A DNA stretch of 64,000 nucleotides from Gemmatimonadota bacterium (GTDB taxonomy: Bacteria > Gemmatimonadota > Gemmatimonadetes > Longimicrobiales > Gaopeijiaceae), in assembly GCA_034521595.1 (NCBI GenBank), contig JAXHMG010000003.1, forward strand, positions 544,001 to 608,000. The letters are read 5' to 3'. Position 1 is the stretch's first letter. The number at the start of each line of letters is the position of its first letter. Positions 43,687 through 53,816 of this stretch are shown here, piece by piece. The translations under genes were made by a program, and so were the position numbers. The notes beneath the pieces are model-generated. The model did not search any database, had not been told where the DNA came from, and saw only the letters and a program-made list of their open reading frames with translations.

Positions 43687-44784
43687 GTGCGCACGTCGGG
43701 CTCGGGCGCGTTCGTCGCGGCCCTCGCGCTGACGCTCGTCCTCGCCGCTGCATTCGGCCGTGTTCTCTTCGACCTCGAGCCTCTCTGGCTCGGGGTTTTC
43801 GTCGTCGTGGCGGGTGCGGTAGGCGCGGCGTGGGGCCTGTCCGTCCTCGCACGGCGGTGGCTGGCGCCGGACCGGGACGTGCTCGAGCGGAACGTGCACT
43901 CGCTCGAGGAGACCAACCGCGAGCTGGTCGAGGCGCGCGCGGAAGTCGTGCGCGCCGCGCGGCTGGCATCGGTGGGCACGCTCGCGGCGGGCGTGGCCCA
44001 CGAGGTGGGCAATCCGCTCGGCGCGATCATGGGCTACGTCGACGTCGCGCGCGGGCGGGCCGCCCGGGGCGAGGCCGAGCCGGAGATCCTGGACTCGATC
44101 CGCGAGGAAGCCGAGCGGATCGATCGCATCGTGAAGAGCCTGCTCGGCTACGCGAGGCCCCGGGAGGAACACGTCGGCCCGGAGGAACCCGGCGCGGTCG
44201 TGACCCGCGTGCGGGAGCTGCTCGAGCAGCAGGGGAAGCTGGCGGACGTGGACGCGCATTGGGAGGTGGCTCCCGACACGCCCGAGGTGGTCATGAACGC
44301 GCATCGCTTCGAGCAGGTGCTGGTGAACCTCGTCCTCAACGCGCTGGACGCGATGGAGGGCGGTGAAGGGCCGGTGCTTCGGGTCCGTGCCTACGGCGCC
44401 GCGGGCGAAGTGGGCGAGCTCCCCTCCCGGCGGGAAGGGGACCCTCCGGGAGTCAACTACATGCATCGCCGTCGCGTCTCGCGAGACGAAGGGGGAAGGG
44501 GGGTCGATCCCGTCTTCCTCGCCGAGCGCGTCGCGGTCGTCGAGGTGCAGGACAGCGGACCGGGGATCGCCGAGGAGCACCTGGAGCAGATCTTCGACCC
44601 CTTCTTCACCACCAAGGAGCTGGGGAAGGGAACGGGGCTCGGTCTGTCCATCTGTGCGCGGCTCGTGGAGGGGATGGGGGGACGAATCGAGGCGGGGAAT
44701 GTTCCGGAGGGAGGGGCTCGCTTTATGATCAGGCTTCCGGCGGCCCACAGCGCCCGGTCCGATCCACGCCCGGAGGTGACATGA
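43687..44784 (+). CDS. Sensor histidine kinase (two TM helices, almost no periplasmic domain)
   Basis: GTG at 43687; two hydrophobic helices; AHEVGNPL, NLVLNA, DSGPG, FDPFFTTK and GTGLGL. Confidence 0.88.
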   Translation: MRTSGSGAFVAALALTLVLAAAFGRVLFDLEPLWLGVFVVVAGAVGAAWGLSVLARRWLAPDRDVLERNVHSLEETNRELVEARAEVVRAARLASVGTLAAGVAHEVGNPLGAIMGYVDVARGRAARGEAEPEILDSIREEAERIDRIVKSLLGYARPREEHVGPEEPGAVVTRVRELLEQQGKLADVDAHWEVAPDTPEVVMNAHRFEQVLVNLVLNALDAMEGGEGPVLRVRAYGAAGEVGELPSRREGDPPGVNYMHRRRVSRDEGGRGVDPVFLAERVAVVEVQDSGPGIAEEHLEQIFDPFFTTKELGKGTGLGLSICARLVEGMGGRIEAGNVPEGGARFMIRLPAAHSARSDPRPEVT

Positions 44785-46139
44785 AGATCCTCGTCGTCGA
44801 CGACGATGCCGGACTACGGAAATCTCTTTCGCTCATCCTGACGGATGCCGGATACGAGGTGACGCACGCCGAGGACGGCGAAAGCGGCCTGAGCACCGCG
44901 GTCGAGCAGGATCCCGACCTGATCCTCTGCGACGTGCGCATGCCGAAGCTGGGTGGGATCGAGTTCCTCGATCGGTACCGGGAGGCCGGGGGCAGCGCCC
45001 TGGTGCTGGTCATGACGGCGTACGGCGGCATCGACCTGGCGGTCGAGGCCATGAAGAAGGGCGCCTACGACTATCTGCCGAAGCCGTTCGGTGCCGACGA
45101 GGTGCTGCTCACCGTCCGCAAGGCGGAAGAGCGCGAGCAGCTTCGCCGGGAAGTCGGACGGCTTCGGGACGAGGTGCGTGCGGACGCCCGCTTCGGCGAG
45201 ATCGTGGTCGGCTCGCCGGCCATGGAGCGGGCCCTCGCGGTCGTGCGCAAAGTGGCTCCGCACGATTCACCCGTGCTGCTGAGCGGGGCGAGCGGCACCG
45301 GCAAGGAGCTCGTCGCGCGCCTCCTGCACCGGGAGAGTCCGAGAGCGGACCACCCGTTCGTGCCGGTCAACTGCGGCGGCATCCCGGAGCAACTGCTCGA
45401 GTCGGAGTTCTTCGGCTTCGTGAAAGGAGCTTTCACCGGGGCCGATCGTGACAAGGAAGGCCTGCTCGAGGCCGCGGACGGCGGAACGCTCTTCCTGGAC
45501 GAGGTGGGCGAGCTTCCGATGACGTTGCAGGTGAAGCTGCTCCGTGCCCTCCAGGAGGGGGAGGTGCGGCGGCTCGGCGCGACAACGACGGAGCGCGTGA
45601 ACGTGCGCATCATCTCGGCGACCAACCGGGACATCGAGGAAGCCGTCGAGGAAGGCTCGTTTCGCAAGGACCTCTACTACCGCCTCGCCGTCGTGCCCAT
45701 CCACCTCCCTCCGCTCCGGCAGCGCACCGAGGAGATCCCCAGGCTCGTGAGCCACCTGCTCGAGCGGCAAAGGGAACGCATGGGCTTGGCCGTGGAGGGC
45801 GTCGACCCGGCGGCGATGGAGGTGCTGCTGTCCTACCCCTGGCCGGGGAACATCCGCGAGCTGGAGAACGTGCTCGAGCGGGCGCTGGTCCTGACGGAGG
45901 GGCCGAGCATCTCGGTCGAGGACCTTCCCGAGGTGGTGCGGCGGCCGGCCCCGGAGAGCGGCGCGATGTCGGTCGACGGCGACGACCTCTCGGTGAAGCG
46001 GCAGGGCGCGCGGCTCGAGAAGCACCTCATCGAGCGCGCGCTCGACCGGACCGGAGGCAACAAGACGCAGGCGGCCGAGTTGCTCGACCTCTCGCCGCGG
46101 GCGCTCCGCTACAAGGTGCAGGAGTACGGGATCGAGTAG
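44781..46139 (+). CDS. Sigma54-dependent response regulator (NtrC family)
   Basis: REC domain, GASGTGKE, GAFTGA, FLDE, WPGNIREL and a Fis-type HTH. Confidence 0.92.
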   Translation: MKILVVDDDAGLRKSLSLILTDAGYEVTHAEDGESGLSTAVEQDPDLILCDVRMPKLGGIEFLDRYREAGGSALVLVMTAYGGIDLAVEAMKKGAYDYLPKPFGADEVLLTVRKAEEREQLRREVGRLRDEVRADARFGEIVVGSPAMERALAVVRKVAPHDSPVLLSGASGTGKELVARLLHRESPRADHPFVPVNCGGIPEQLLESEFFGFVKGAFTGADRDKEGLLEAADGGTLFLDEVGELPMTLQVKLLRALQEGEVRRLGATTTERVNVRIISATNRDIEEAVEEGSFRKDLYYRLAVVPIHLPPLRQRTEEIPRLVSHLLERQRERMGLAVEGVDPAAMEVLLSYPWPGNIRELENVLERALVLTEGPSISVEDLPEVVRRPAPESGAMSVDGDDLSVKRQGARLEKHLIERALDRTGGNKTQAAELLDLSPRALRYKVQEYGIE

Positions 46140-46231
46140 GTAGCTCTGCCGTGGGGGCCCGCTCCGCCCGACCGGATGAGAGGCCGGTCCCGCTATCCTC
46201 GCGGCTCGCTCCCGCTCCGAGCTTGAGCCGT

Positions 46232-46654
46232 ATGAACGGTTATTCCCTCTTCGAGCTCACGGTCGCGCTGGCGCTTCTCGCGGTCGCCTCGTCCGTGCTC
46301 ACGCCGGCGCTGGCGGGATACCGGGACCGCATGACGGTGCTGGCGGCGCGCGAGACGGTGGTGGGCCTGCTCCACGAGACGCGGGCGGCCGCCCGCCGGG
46401 TGGGTGCGGCGAGCTTGCAGGTCGACGCGGAGCGGGCGCGCGTCCGGGTCGCGATCGGGGATTCCGTGATCCGGGCGGTCGACCTGGGCGGGCAAGGCGT
46501 GCGAATCGACCTTCCGCGTGGAAGGGTGCGCGGCGAGATCGCGTACAACGGGCTCGGGATCGGCGTGTTCGCCAACGAGACGGTCGAGTTCTCGGCGGGC
46601 TCGGAGCGTGCCCGGCTCGTCGTCTCCTCCTACGGCCGCGTGCGGCGAGACTGA
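46232..46654 (+). CDS. Minor pilin, FimT/GspH-like (set 1)
   Basis: MNG|YSLFEL hydrophobic N-terminus; C-terminal IAYNGLG...LVVSSYGRVR. Confidence 0.75.
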   Translation: MNGYSLFELTVALALLAVASSVLTPALAGYRDRMTVLAARETVVGLLHETRAAARRVGAASLQVDAERARVRVAIGDSVIRAVDLGGQGVRIDLPRGRVRGEIAYNGLGIGVFANETVEFSAGSERARLVVSSYGRVRRD

Positions 46655-46970
46655 TGCGCGGCTTCACGCTGGTGGAGGTGGTCGTGGCGCTCGTCCTGCT
46701 CGAAGTGGTCGTGCTGGGCGTGGTGGGCACGCTCCGGATCGCGGCGGAGACGCTCCACCGAGCCGAGACGCTGGAGCGGGCCGTTGCTGGCGTCCAGACG
46801 GTCTCCGACTCGCTCACGGGCGTCGGCGGCGCGGTCGCGGAGGGCGGGCGCGACTTTCCCGGAGGCCGGGTGTTTGGGGCGCCGGACCCGATTCGTCCGC
46901 TTGGACGGTGCGCGCGATGAGCCTGTCGGGCGATACGCTGATCCGCGTCATGGGTCACGCGGAGCCATGA
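46654..46970 (+). CDS. Minor pilin, PilV-like (set 1), with a probable single-base frameshift near 46872
   Basis: MRG|FTLVEVVV. The given frame stops at 46920, while the alternate frame (WGAGPDSS...GDTLIRV) ends at 46970 in an ATGA overlap with the next gene. Confidence 0.65.
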
Positions 46971-47680
46971 CGGGCCGGCAGGCGGGGGTCACGGTCGTCG
47001 AGGCGCTCGTGTCGCTGCTCCTCGGTCTCGGGTTGGTGCAGGCTAGCCTGGCCGTTGGTGCACGAGTCCGCGTCGCCCATGCGGAGCTTCTCGGCCGAGC
47101 GGAGGTCCTGGCTTCCGCCCGTCTGACCGGGGCGCTGCTGCGCTCCGAGACCGGCGTGGCGCTTCGGGGGCGGGATTGGGAGCTCCACGACGACGCCTTA
47201 CGGCTCCGGGCGTTTCGGGGAACCGCGCTCGTATGTCCTGAAGGGAGTGGGGCGGATACGCTGGATGCGGCGTACGTGGGATATCGCGCCCCCGATCCCA
47301 CGAAGGACTCGGTCGTGGTCCTGTACCAGGACGGATCTCGAGTGGTGCGTGGACTCGAGGGCGTGGGGAGCGGTGTGGCGGAATGCATGGGCGAGGCGCT
47401 TTCGAGACGCACGACGCTCGTGCTTTCCGAATCGGTGCCGACTGGGGCGGTCGTCGCGCGCGTGTTCGAGCGCGGGGCGTACTCCGTTGCCGACGCGGCG
47501 TTCAGGTACCGACGGGGGGCCGCGGGGCGTCAGCCCCTCACGCCCGAGGTGTGGGACCGGTCGAGCGGTTGGGTCGTGGAGGACGGTCGCGTTGCCGTGG
47601 AGCTGCTCTCCGCTCCGGACGGGACCGGGACTTCGCCCTCCCGGTGGCATCTCTCCGTGGCATGGAGCCCCCGGCGGTGA
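46967..47680 (+). CDS. Minor pilin, PilW-like (set 1)
   Basis: MTGRQAG|VTVVE; KDSVVV and a Cys pair; QPL near the C-terminus. Confidence 0.7.
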   Translation: MTGRQAGVTVVEALVSLLLGLGLVQASLAVGARVRVAHAELLGRAEVLASARLTGALLRSETGVALRGRDWELHDDALRLRAFRGTALVCPEGSGADTLDAAYVGYRAPDPTKDSVVVLYQDGSRVVRGLEGVGSGVAECMGEALSRRTTLVLSESVPTGAVVARVFERGAYSVADAAFRYRRGAAGRQPLTPEVWDRSSGWVVEDGRVAVELLSAPDGTGTSPSRWHLSVAWSPRR

Positions 47681-48729
47681 GCGGAGAGCGCGGCATGGCC
47701 TTGTTGGTCGTGGTGGTGTTGATGTTGGCGGGCACGGCGCTCGCCCACGGGGTTCTCGTCGTGGCGCGTCAGGAGCTCGCCGCGGCGAGCCAACGGGTGC
47801 GCCTCGTGGAGCGGACATCCGCCGAGCGGGCGGCCCTGCGGCGCGCCCGGGAAGCGGCGTCCCGCGATATCGTTCGCGCGACCGCTGGATGGGGCGCCTG
47901 GTCCGTTCCGGACAGCGTGCACGGCGGCCCCGGCGTAGTACGAATGAGGCGCTTGGGCCCGGAGAGCTGGTGGCTCGAAACCCTTGCCGAAGGTGCGGAC
48001 CAGCGCAGCCCGGGGACCCCGGGGGTGCTGCTCTGGTGGTTGGACCCCATCGAGCGCGTGGAACGCCTGGGCGCCGTCGTCACGGTCGGCGCCGAAGCGC
48101 CGGTGACGGTCACCGGCGAGCTCGACCCGTCCCGGTTCGGCCTCTCGGATCCGCCACTGAGCGACGACCTGTGCGCTCCGGAGACGGACGGTCGGTTCGA
48201 AGGTGTCGTGCCTTCAGCGGTCGGACGCCTCCCGGGCGAGACGACCCGTCCCGGGCTGGGGCTGCTCGACTTCGATGCCCTCTTGGCTCGGACGGAGGTC
48301 CGGGTTGGCGGATCCGGCGCGGCCGCGCCCGTCGAGGAAATGGCCCGCTGTCTCCGCGAGGAGCCGTGGAACTGGGGCGACCCGGATCGTCCGTGGCGCC
48401 CCTGCGGCGTGCACTTGGCCGTCCGGGCCGCTCCGGAGGGACTCCACGTCACGGAAGGCGCCGGACAGGGGGCGTGGGTGGTGGACGGAGACATGGTGCT
48501 CGACGGGGAGACCCGGCTGTACGGTGTCGTCATCGCCAGCGGACGGCTCGTCCTCCGGGATCGCTCGAGGTTCCATGGCGTCGCGATCCCGGCCGGAGGG
48601 CTCACCGTCGAGGCCGGAGCGGAAGTCCGTGGCTCGGCGTGCTGGGCCGTGCGTGGCGTGCGGGCCGGGGCGGCGCTCTGGTCACCCCGGCCGGTCCCCG
48701 TCCCGGACACGCCGCTGATCGGTCCGTGA
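47677..48729 (+). CDS. PilX-like minor pilin with a large C-terminal domain (set 1)
   Basis: GTG start; ERG|MALLVVVV (no Glu5, as in PilX); C..NWGD..PC and GQG..VDG repeats. Confidence 0.7.
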   Translation: MSGERGMALLVVVVLMLAGTALAHGVLVVARQELAAASQRVRLVERTSAERAALRRAREAASRDIVRATAGWGAWSVPDSVHGGPGVVRMRRLGPESWWLETLAEGADQRSPGTPGVLLWWLDPIERVERLGAVVTVGAEAPVTVTGELDPSRFGLSDPPLSDDLCAPETDGRFEGVVPSAVGRLPGETTRPGLGLLDFDALLARTEVRVGGSGAAAPVEEMARCLREEPWNWGDPDRPWRPCGVHLAVRAAPEGLHVTEGAGQGAWVVDGDMVLDGETRLYGVVIASGRLVLRDRSRFHGVAIPAGGLTVEAGAEVRGSACWAVRGVRAGAALWSPRPVPVPDTPLIGP

Positions 48730-48753
48730 TGGGTCCGGCGGCCCGTGGGAGGG

Positions 48754-51700
48754 TCATGGAGGAGCCTCCCGCGCGGCTTCTTCGATCATGGCGTCGAGCA
48801 CCCGGAGGCGGAGGTGGTCGGGGGCCCGGGTGGTTCGGGGCACCAGTGCCTCGTAGGCGTTTCGAGCGCCGAGGGGACGCCCACGCTTCAGGTAGGCGAC
48901 CACGGCGGCATCGAGGAGCGTGGCCGGCCGCATCCAGTCTTCGCCGGCGGCGACGGGACCGACGAGGCGATCCGAGGCGCGGGCCACACGCGACCAGTCG
49001 AAGGACGCCACGGCTTCGTACAGGTCGACGACCGCGCGTGCCTCCGCCGGCGCATCCGCGCGCTCGAGGAAGCCGTGCACGGCTCGGTAGAACGTGGTGT
49101 CCGACCAGCCGGTGGTTCCCCAATGCAGGTCGCCGGCGGCCTTGCCGAAGCCCTCCGCCCACGTCTCCCACGAGCCCAGTTGGGTCTCACCGCTCAGCAG
49201 CAGGAAAGTCTGCAAATGGAGGAGCGCGTCCCTCCATTCGGGGAAGTGTTCGGGTGCACGGCCTCCTCCCCCCTGCACGGCCTCGCGCAGCCAGGCGCCT
49301 CGCTGGCTCCGGAGCAACGAGACGGGCCCACGGGCGGGCGTGGGGGTGTGGTCCTCGGGTGGCCGCACCTCCTCGCGCATGAGCCTCGTCAGATCCAGCG
49401 GGCTCGTCGCGAAGCTGAACGCGCCGTGCGCGAAGGATCGATCGAAACGGGCCCGCTCCGCACCGAGGTCCAGGATCGGGTGGAAGTCCGAGTTGGCGGG
49501 GACGCGGCGCCTCAGGAGCGGCGCCACGACGGATTGGTCGAACAGCAGGAGGGATTCCAGATGATTCGGCCGGATCTCCGGGATCCCCGCCGTGAGATCT
49601 CGCATGGCGGGTGAGGACGCGACCGACCAGTCGGGATCGGGAAGAGGGGTCTCCTTGGAGGCGACGATGGCCACGTCGGCGTCGCCGATGAGGTAGACGC
49701 GGTACGCGTCGAAAGCCGTGTCGAGGGCCGCCAGGACGCTCAGGAACAGGTCGTCGTCGAGCTCGTAGAGCTGCATCCACTGCACGAGAACACCGTCGTC
49801 GGCCAGGAAGCGCCCGATCTGCTCATAGAACTCCCGGGTGAAAAGCGCGGACGTGCCGCTGACCCACGGATTGCTGGGCTCGGTCACGATGAGATCGAAC
49901 CGTTCCTGCCGGTAGGCGAAAAACGACTTCGCATCGTCGAACACGTAGCTCGCGCGGGGGTCCTGGAAGACGGCCCTGTTCGTGGGCAGGAACGCGAGGG
50001 AGGCCTCGACCATGAACGGCTCGATCTCCACGGTGACCAGGCGCTCGAGACGGTCACTGGTGAGCAGGGTCGTCCCCGTGATGCCGGAGCCGTGTCCCGA
50101 TATTGGCCACGTTCGCTGCTGCGGAGCGGTGGCCGAGCCCCATCAGGCCCACCAGCATCTGCGTGGTGAAGTCGCTCCCCGAGGGGATCGGTGTCTCGGG
50201 CAGGGTGTCCCGGCCCTCCATGCGCCAGAGCGGCCCCACGGACGCGTCCGGCTTCCCGTTCGTCGACAGCACCGTAACGCCCTCCGGGAGCGCCACGTGT
50301 GCGGATACGGTGGCGGTGCGTCCGTCCTGGTAGTAGAGGAGTCGTCTGGAGTCCGGGTCCGGGATCACCGCGTCGCGAAACACCCCGCTGGTCAGGACGG
50401 TTCGGTCGAGGTCGAGCGCGGCGGCCGCCGCGCCGAAGGTCACGAGGCAGAGCGCGGCCGGTGCCCCGATCAGGCGAAGACGTCGCCTCGGGGGCTCGGG
50501 GGCGGCGATTGGGTCGTCCGACCCTCCCGAGGGTTCCGGCAGTCCCCGGGCCACCGCCGTGAGGATCCAGAGTCCGAGCAGTGCGTCCAGCGCCGCGCCC
50601 GCGAGGATCAGCCCCTCGAGCCCGAGGAGCGGCAGCGCGACGAGTCCCGCGAGGAGCGAGCCGGAGACCGCCCCCACCGTGTTGACCGCGTAGACGCGCC
50701 CGATCGCCCGCTCCCCCGCGCCCGCCCGCATGAGCGTGGCGGTGAGGAGCGGGAGCGTCATCCCGGCGAGCAGCGTGGCCGGGAGCATGACCAGGAGGGC
50801 CAGGCCGTAGCGCCCCAGGTTGAAGAGGGCGTATCCACCGGTGCGTCCCGAGGCCGCTTCGACCATGGCCGCGACCACGTCGAACGAGGCCGCGTACAGG
50901 GGCAGCGACGCCAAGGCGGCCAGTCCCATCGCGACCTGGATCCGCCCCAGCGCACGGAGCGGTGTCCGCGTGCGGTCGGCGAGGGAGGTCACGAGGTGGG
51001 CGCCGATCGCCAGCCCGAGAATGAACGCCGAGAGCATGAGCTCGAAGGCGTGGGTCGCGCTCCCGAGGAGCAGGGAGAGCATGCGGATCCACCCGATCTC
51101 GTAGGCGAAGGAGGCGACCGCCGTCCCGAATGCCACGGGAAGGAGGAGGCGCGCGAGCCGAGGGAGCTCGGAAGAAGGCTCGATCGCCGGCTCGGGGATG
51201 CCGGCGCCGCGGTCCGCACCGCTCCGGCCGACCGGAACCTCCCGGGCCACGCGCCATGCGACGAAGGCGGCGGTGAGGTTGAGCGCCGCCGCCGCGACGG
51301 AGGTCCCGGCGAAGCCGAACCACCCGATCAGGAGGAAGCCCGCCAGCAGAACACCCGCAGCCCCGCCGAGCGTGTTGAGCAGGTACGCGCGCGCTACCCC
51401 GCCTCCGGGGTGGTCGGGGTCCGCCCGCACCAACCCCGCCGCCATCAGCGGGAAGGTTGCGCCGAGCGCCATCGCCTGCGGGAGGATGAGCAGACCCGCG
51501 AGCCCCCACCGGACCGCGCCGACCAAGGAGGGATCCGCGAGCGCCGGGAAAAGCACATCGTACCCGAGCGTCGTCACCGCCACGTACACCGGGTGGAACA
51601 CGAGCCCGAAAGCCCCCAGGGCCACCTCCAGCAGCGCGTACCCCAGCAGCGGGCGGTCGAGCGTTCGCGAGAGGTTCGACGCCGCGAGGGCACCGGCGGC

Positions 51701-51853
51701 CATCCCTCCCAGGTACACGGCGAGCACGAGGACCTGCGCGAAAGCGCCGTGCCCGACGAACAGCGCGAGGTAGCGGCTCCAGAGCACTTCGTAGACCAGA
51801 CCGGCCACTCCGGAGGCGACGAAAGCGCCGTAAAGTGCATGTCGGTGCTTCAC
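48754..51853 (-). pseudogene. Fused MFS-like membrane/spermidine-synthase-like SAM-binding protein, split by a +1 frameshift at about 50097 (pseudogene or sequencing error)
   Basis: The N-part has SG.AGLVYEVLW, MGATFP-like, YEIGW and TNGKPD. Removing one C from CCC 50096-50098 restores NIGHGSGITG...VTVEIEP and joins the C-part (DDAK, FDLIVTEPSNPWVSG, LFTREFY). Confidence 0.8.
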
Positions 51854-52067
51854 TTTGCCTCACTCTGCGGACGTTGTTCCGGGGTATGGTCGTGCTCGTT
51901 CGCGCGGTGCTGCACGGGACGTGCCTGGAAATCCTTGCCGACCGGGGCAATAGATGCCGCGTCGGATCCTTTGCCCCGAGCGCCTGCGCGCCCGATATTG
52001 CCCCGTACTGCCTTCCGCTGGCCCGCCCCCGGTGGGAAATCGCCTTGACAGGGAACGTCCCCAGCTC

Positions 52068-52083
52068 TGGCACGGAACTTGGT
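52068..52083 (+). promoter_or_regulatory. Candidate sigma54 promoter of minor-pilin set 2
   Basis: TGGCAC-GGAAC-TTGGT: perfect -24 box, with GG in place of GC at -12. Confidence 0.5.
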
Positions 52084-52128
52084 CCATAGATGCGACGGAG
52101 GACCTCGACCCCAACTCGGGCGCCACAC

Positions 52129-52593
52129 ATGAAACGCTCGCATACCGGCTTCACGATGATCGAGCTGATCATCGCGATCCTCATCGGTAGCATTCTGACG
52201 ACGATCGCTTTGTCCCGGATCAGCGATGCGCAGTCCCGCGTGTCGGTGAGGGGGGCGAAGTCCACCTATGCGTCCGTGCATTACCGAGCGCGTGCGCACG
52301 GGATCGAGATGGGCGAGAACGTCATGCTGCACGTCGAGTCCGGGGGAGACTCCGTATGGATCGAGCACGACGGTGCCGTCCTGGAGAAGGTGCGACTCGG
52401 CAACGAGCAGAACGTGGACATGCGAATCACGCCCAGCGGCGCTCCCACCGATTTCACCCTCTGCTTCTCGCCTCGGGGATATACCGACGTGGACTGCAAC
52501 TCCACCAACTCCATCCTGCGGGTGGAGTTCTGGCAGGGCGCCGACTCCACGAGCCTGTTGGTGCTGCCCATGGGCCAGTTGGTGACGAACTGA
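52129..52593 (+). CDS. Minor pilin, FimT/FimU-like (set 2)
   Basis: MKRSHTG|FTMIELII; LCFSPRG; LLVLPMGQL. Confidence 0.82.
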   Translation: MKRSHTGFTMIELIIAILIGSILTTIALSRISDAQSRVSVRGAKSTYASVHYRARAHGIEMGENVMLHVESGGDSVWIEHDGAVLEKVRLGNEQNVDMRITPSGAPTDFTLCFSPRGYTDVDCNSTNSILRVEFWQGADSTSLLVLPMGQLVTN

Positions 52594-52991
52594 TGAAAAC
52601 GAGCAACCATGCCGGGAAGGTGGGGGGGCGCGCCGGCTTCACGATGGTCGAAGTGATCGTGGCCATCGTGATCCTCGCGATCGGCCTGCTCGGGCTGGCG
52701 GGATCCAGCGGGTACCTGATCAGGACGGTCTCGCTCGGCGACCTCATGACCGAGCGGTCGGCCGCGTTCCAATCCACCATCGACCGCCTCCAGTCGCTTC
52801 CGTACGACAGCGTGACCACCGGAACCGATTCGGTCGGTGTGTTCGCGGTGTCCTGGGACGCGGTGGACGACGGTCCGCAGTCCAAGATCCTCACAATTGT
52901 CACGGTGGGTCCGGGCCTCGAGCCGGGCGCGTCGATCCAACAGAGTCCGACGGTCGCGGACACCTTCGTTTTCCGGATTCTGAGGGACTGA
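52593..52991 (+). CDS. Minor pilin, PilV-like (set 2)
   Basis: RAG|FTMVEVIVAIVILAIGLLGL; IDRLQSLPYD. Confidence 0.82.
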   Translation: MKTSNHAGKVGGRAGFTMVEVIVAIVILAIGLLGLAGSSGYLIRTVSLGDLMTERSAAFQSTIDRLQSLPYDSVTTGTDSVGVFAVSWDAVDDGPQSKILTIVTVGPGLEPGASIQQSPTVADTFVFRILRD

Positions 52992-52993
52992 CG

Positions 52994-53806
52994 ATGACTA
53001 GAGATCGCCGGGGCTTCACGCTGGTCGAGCTGATCGTGGTATCGGTGCTCGGCGTGGTGGTGCTCACCGCCATGCTGCAGGTCCTGATCACCAACCAGCG
53101 CACCTATACGGCGCAGAGCGCGGTCGTCGAGGGCCAGCAGAGCACCCGCATGGCGCTCGAGGTGCTCTTCAACGAGCTGCGCGAGGCGAGCCCGGCTGGG
53201 GGGGACCTCCTCGTCATGACCTCCGATTCGGTGAAGGTTCGCCTCATGCGGAAGTTCGGGATCGGCTGCGACACGGATTTGGATGCGTTGCTTCCGAAAA
53301 TGACCGTGTTGGACAACTCGGGCGCCGACTTCGCGGAGGACGACTCGGTCTTCGTCTTCGCGGAGAACCGTGACGCGACGCCTGACGATGATGTGTGGAT
53401 CAGCGCCGAAGTGACGGCCGTCGATACGACGGTGACATGCCTGGGCGGCCGGCCGGCCATCGATCTGGAGTTCGACCTTCAGGAGACGCTGTTCTCGACG
53501 GACACCGTGAAGGTGGGCGCGGCCGTGCGAAGCTTCGAGACGTTCACCTTCGGCATGACGACGGTGCTCGGCGATGAGTACCTGGGCCGCCGGGACGACG
53601 ACGGCTTCATGTGGCCGATCGCCGGGCCGCTTCGGCCGAACGACGGGCTGGAGTTCATCTACCGGGACGCGCTCGGGGATGTGACGTCGACCCCGACCGA
53701 CGTGCGGCAGATCGAAGTGCGCATCCGTACGGGGACGCAGGTGATCAACCCGGTCGGGGAGACCGTCTCCGACTCCATCGACGCCTGGATCTACACCAGG
53801 AATTAG
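52994..53806 (+). CDS. Minor pilin, PilW-like (set 2)
   Basis: RRG|FTLVELIV; NELREA; LEFIYRDALG; C-terminal TRN. Confidence 0.82.
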   Translation: MTRDRRGFTLVELIVVSVLGVVVLTAMLQVLITNQRTYTAQSAVVEGQQSTRMALEVLFNELREASPAGGDLLVMTSDSVKVRLMRKFGIGCDTDLDALLPKMTVLDNSGADFAEDDSVFVFAENRDATPDDDVWISAEVTAVDTTVTCLGGRPAIDLEFDLQETLFSTDTVKVGAAVRSFETFTFGMTTVLGDEYLGRRDDDGFMWPIAGPLRPNDGLEFIYRDALGDVTSTPTDVRQIEVRIRTGTQVINPVGETVSDSIDAWIYTRN

Positions 53807-53816
53807 GGACGCCATC

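Noticed and set aside
47247-52265. Long Arg/Gly/Pro-rich ORFs (711, 793 and 688 aa)
   Set aside because: Off-frame or antisense overlaps of real genes. Only a short stretch near 50030-50095 of the 793-aa frame region reflects the frameshift junction, and the ORFs lack domain motifs.
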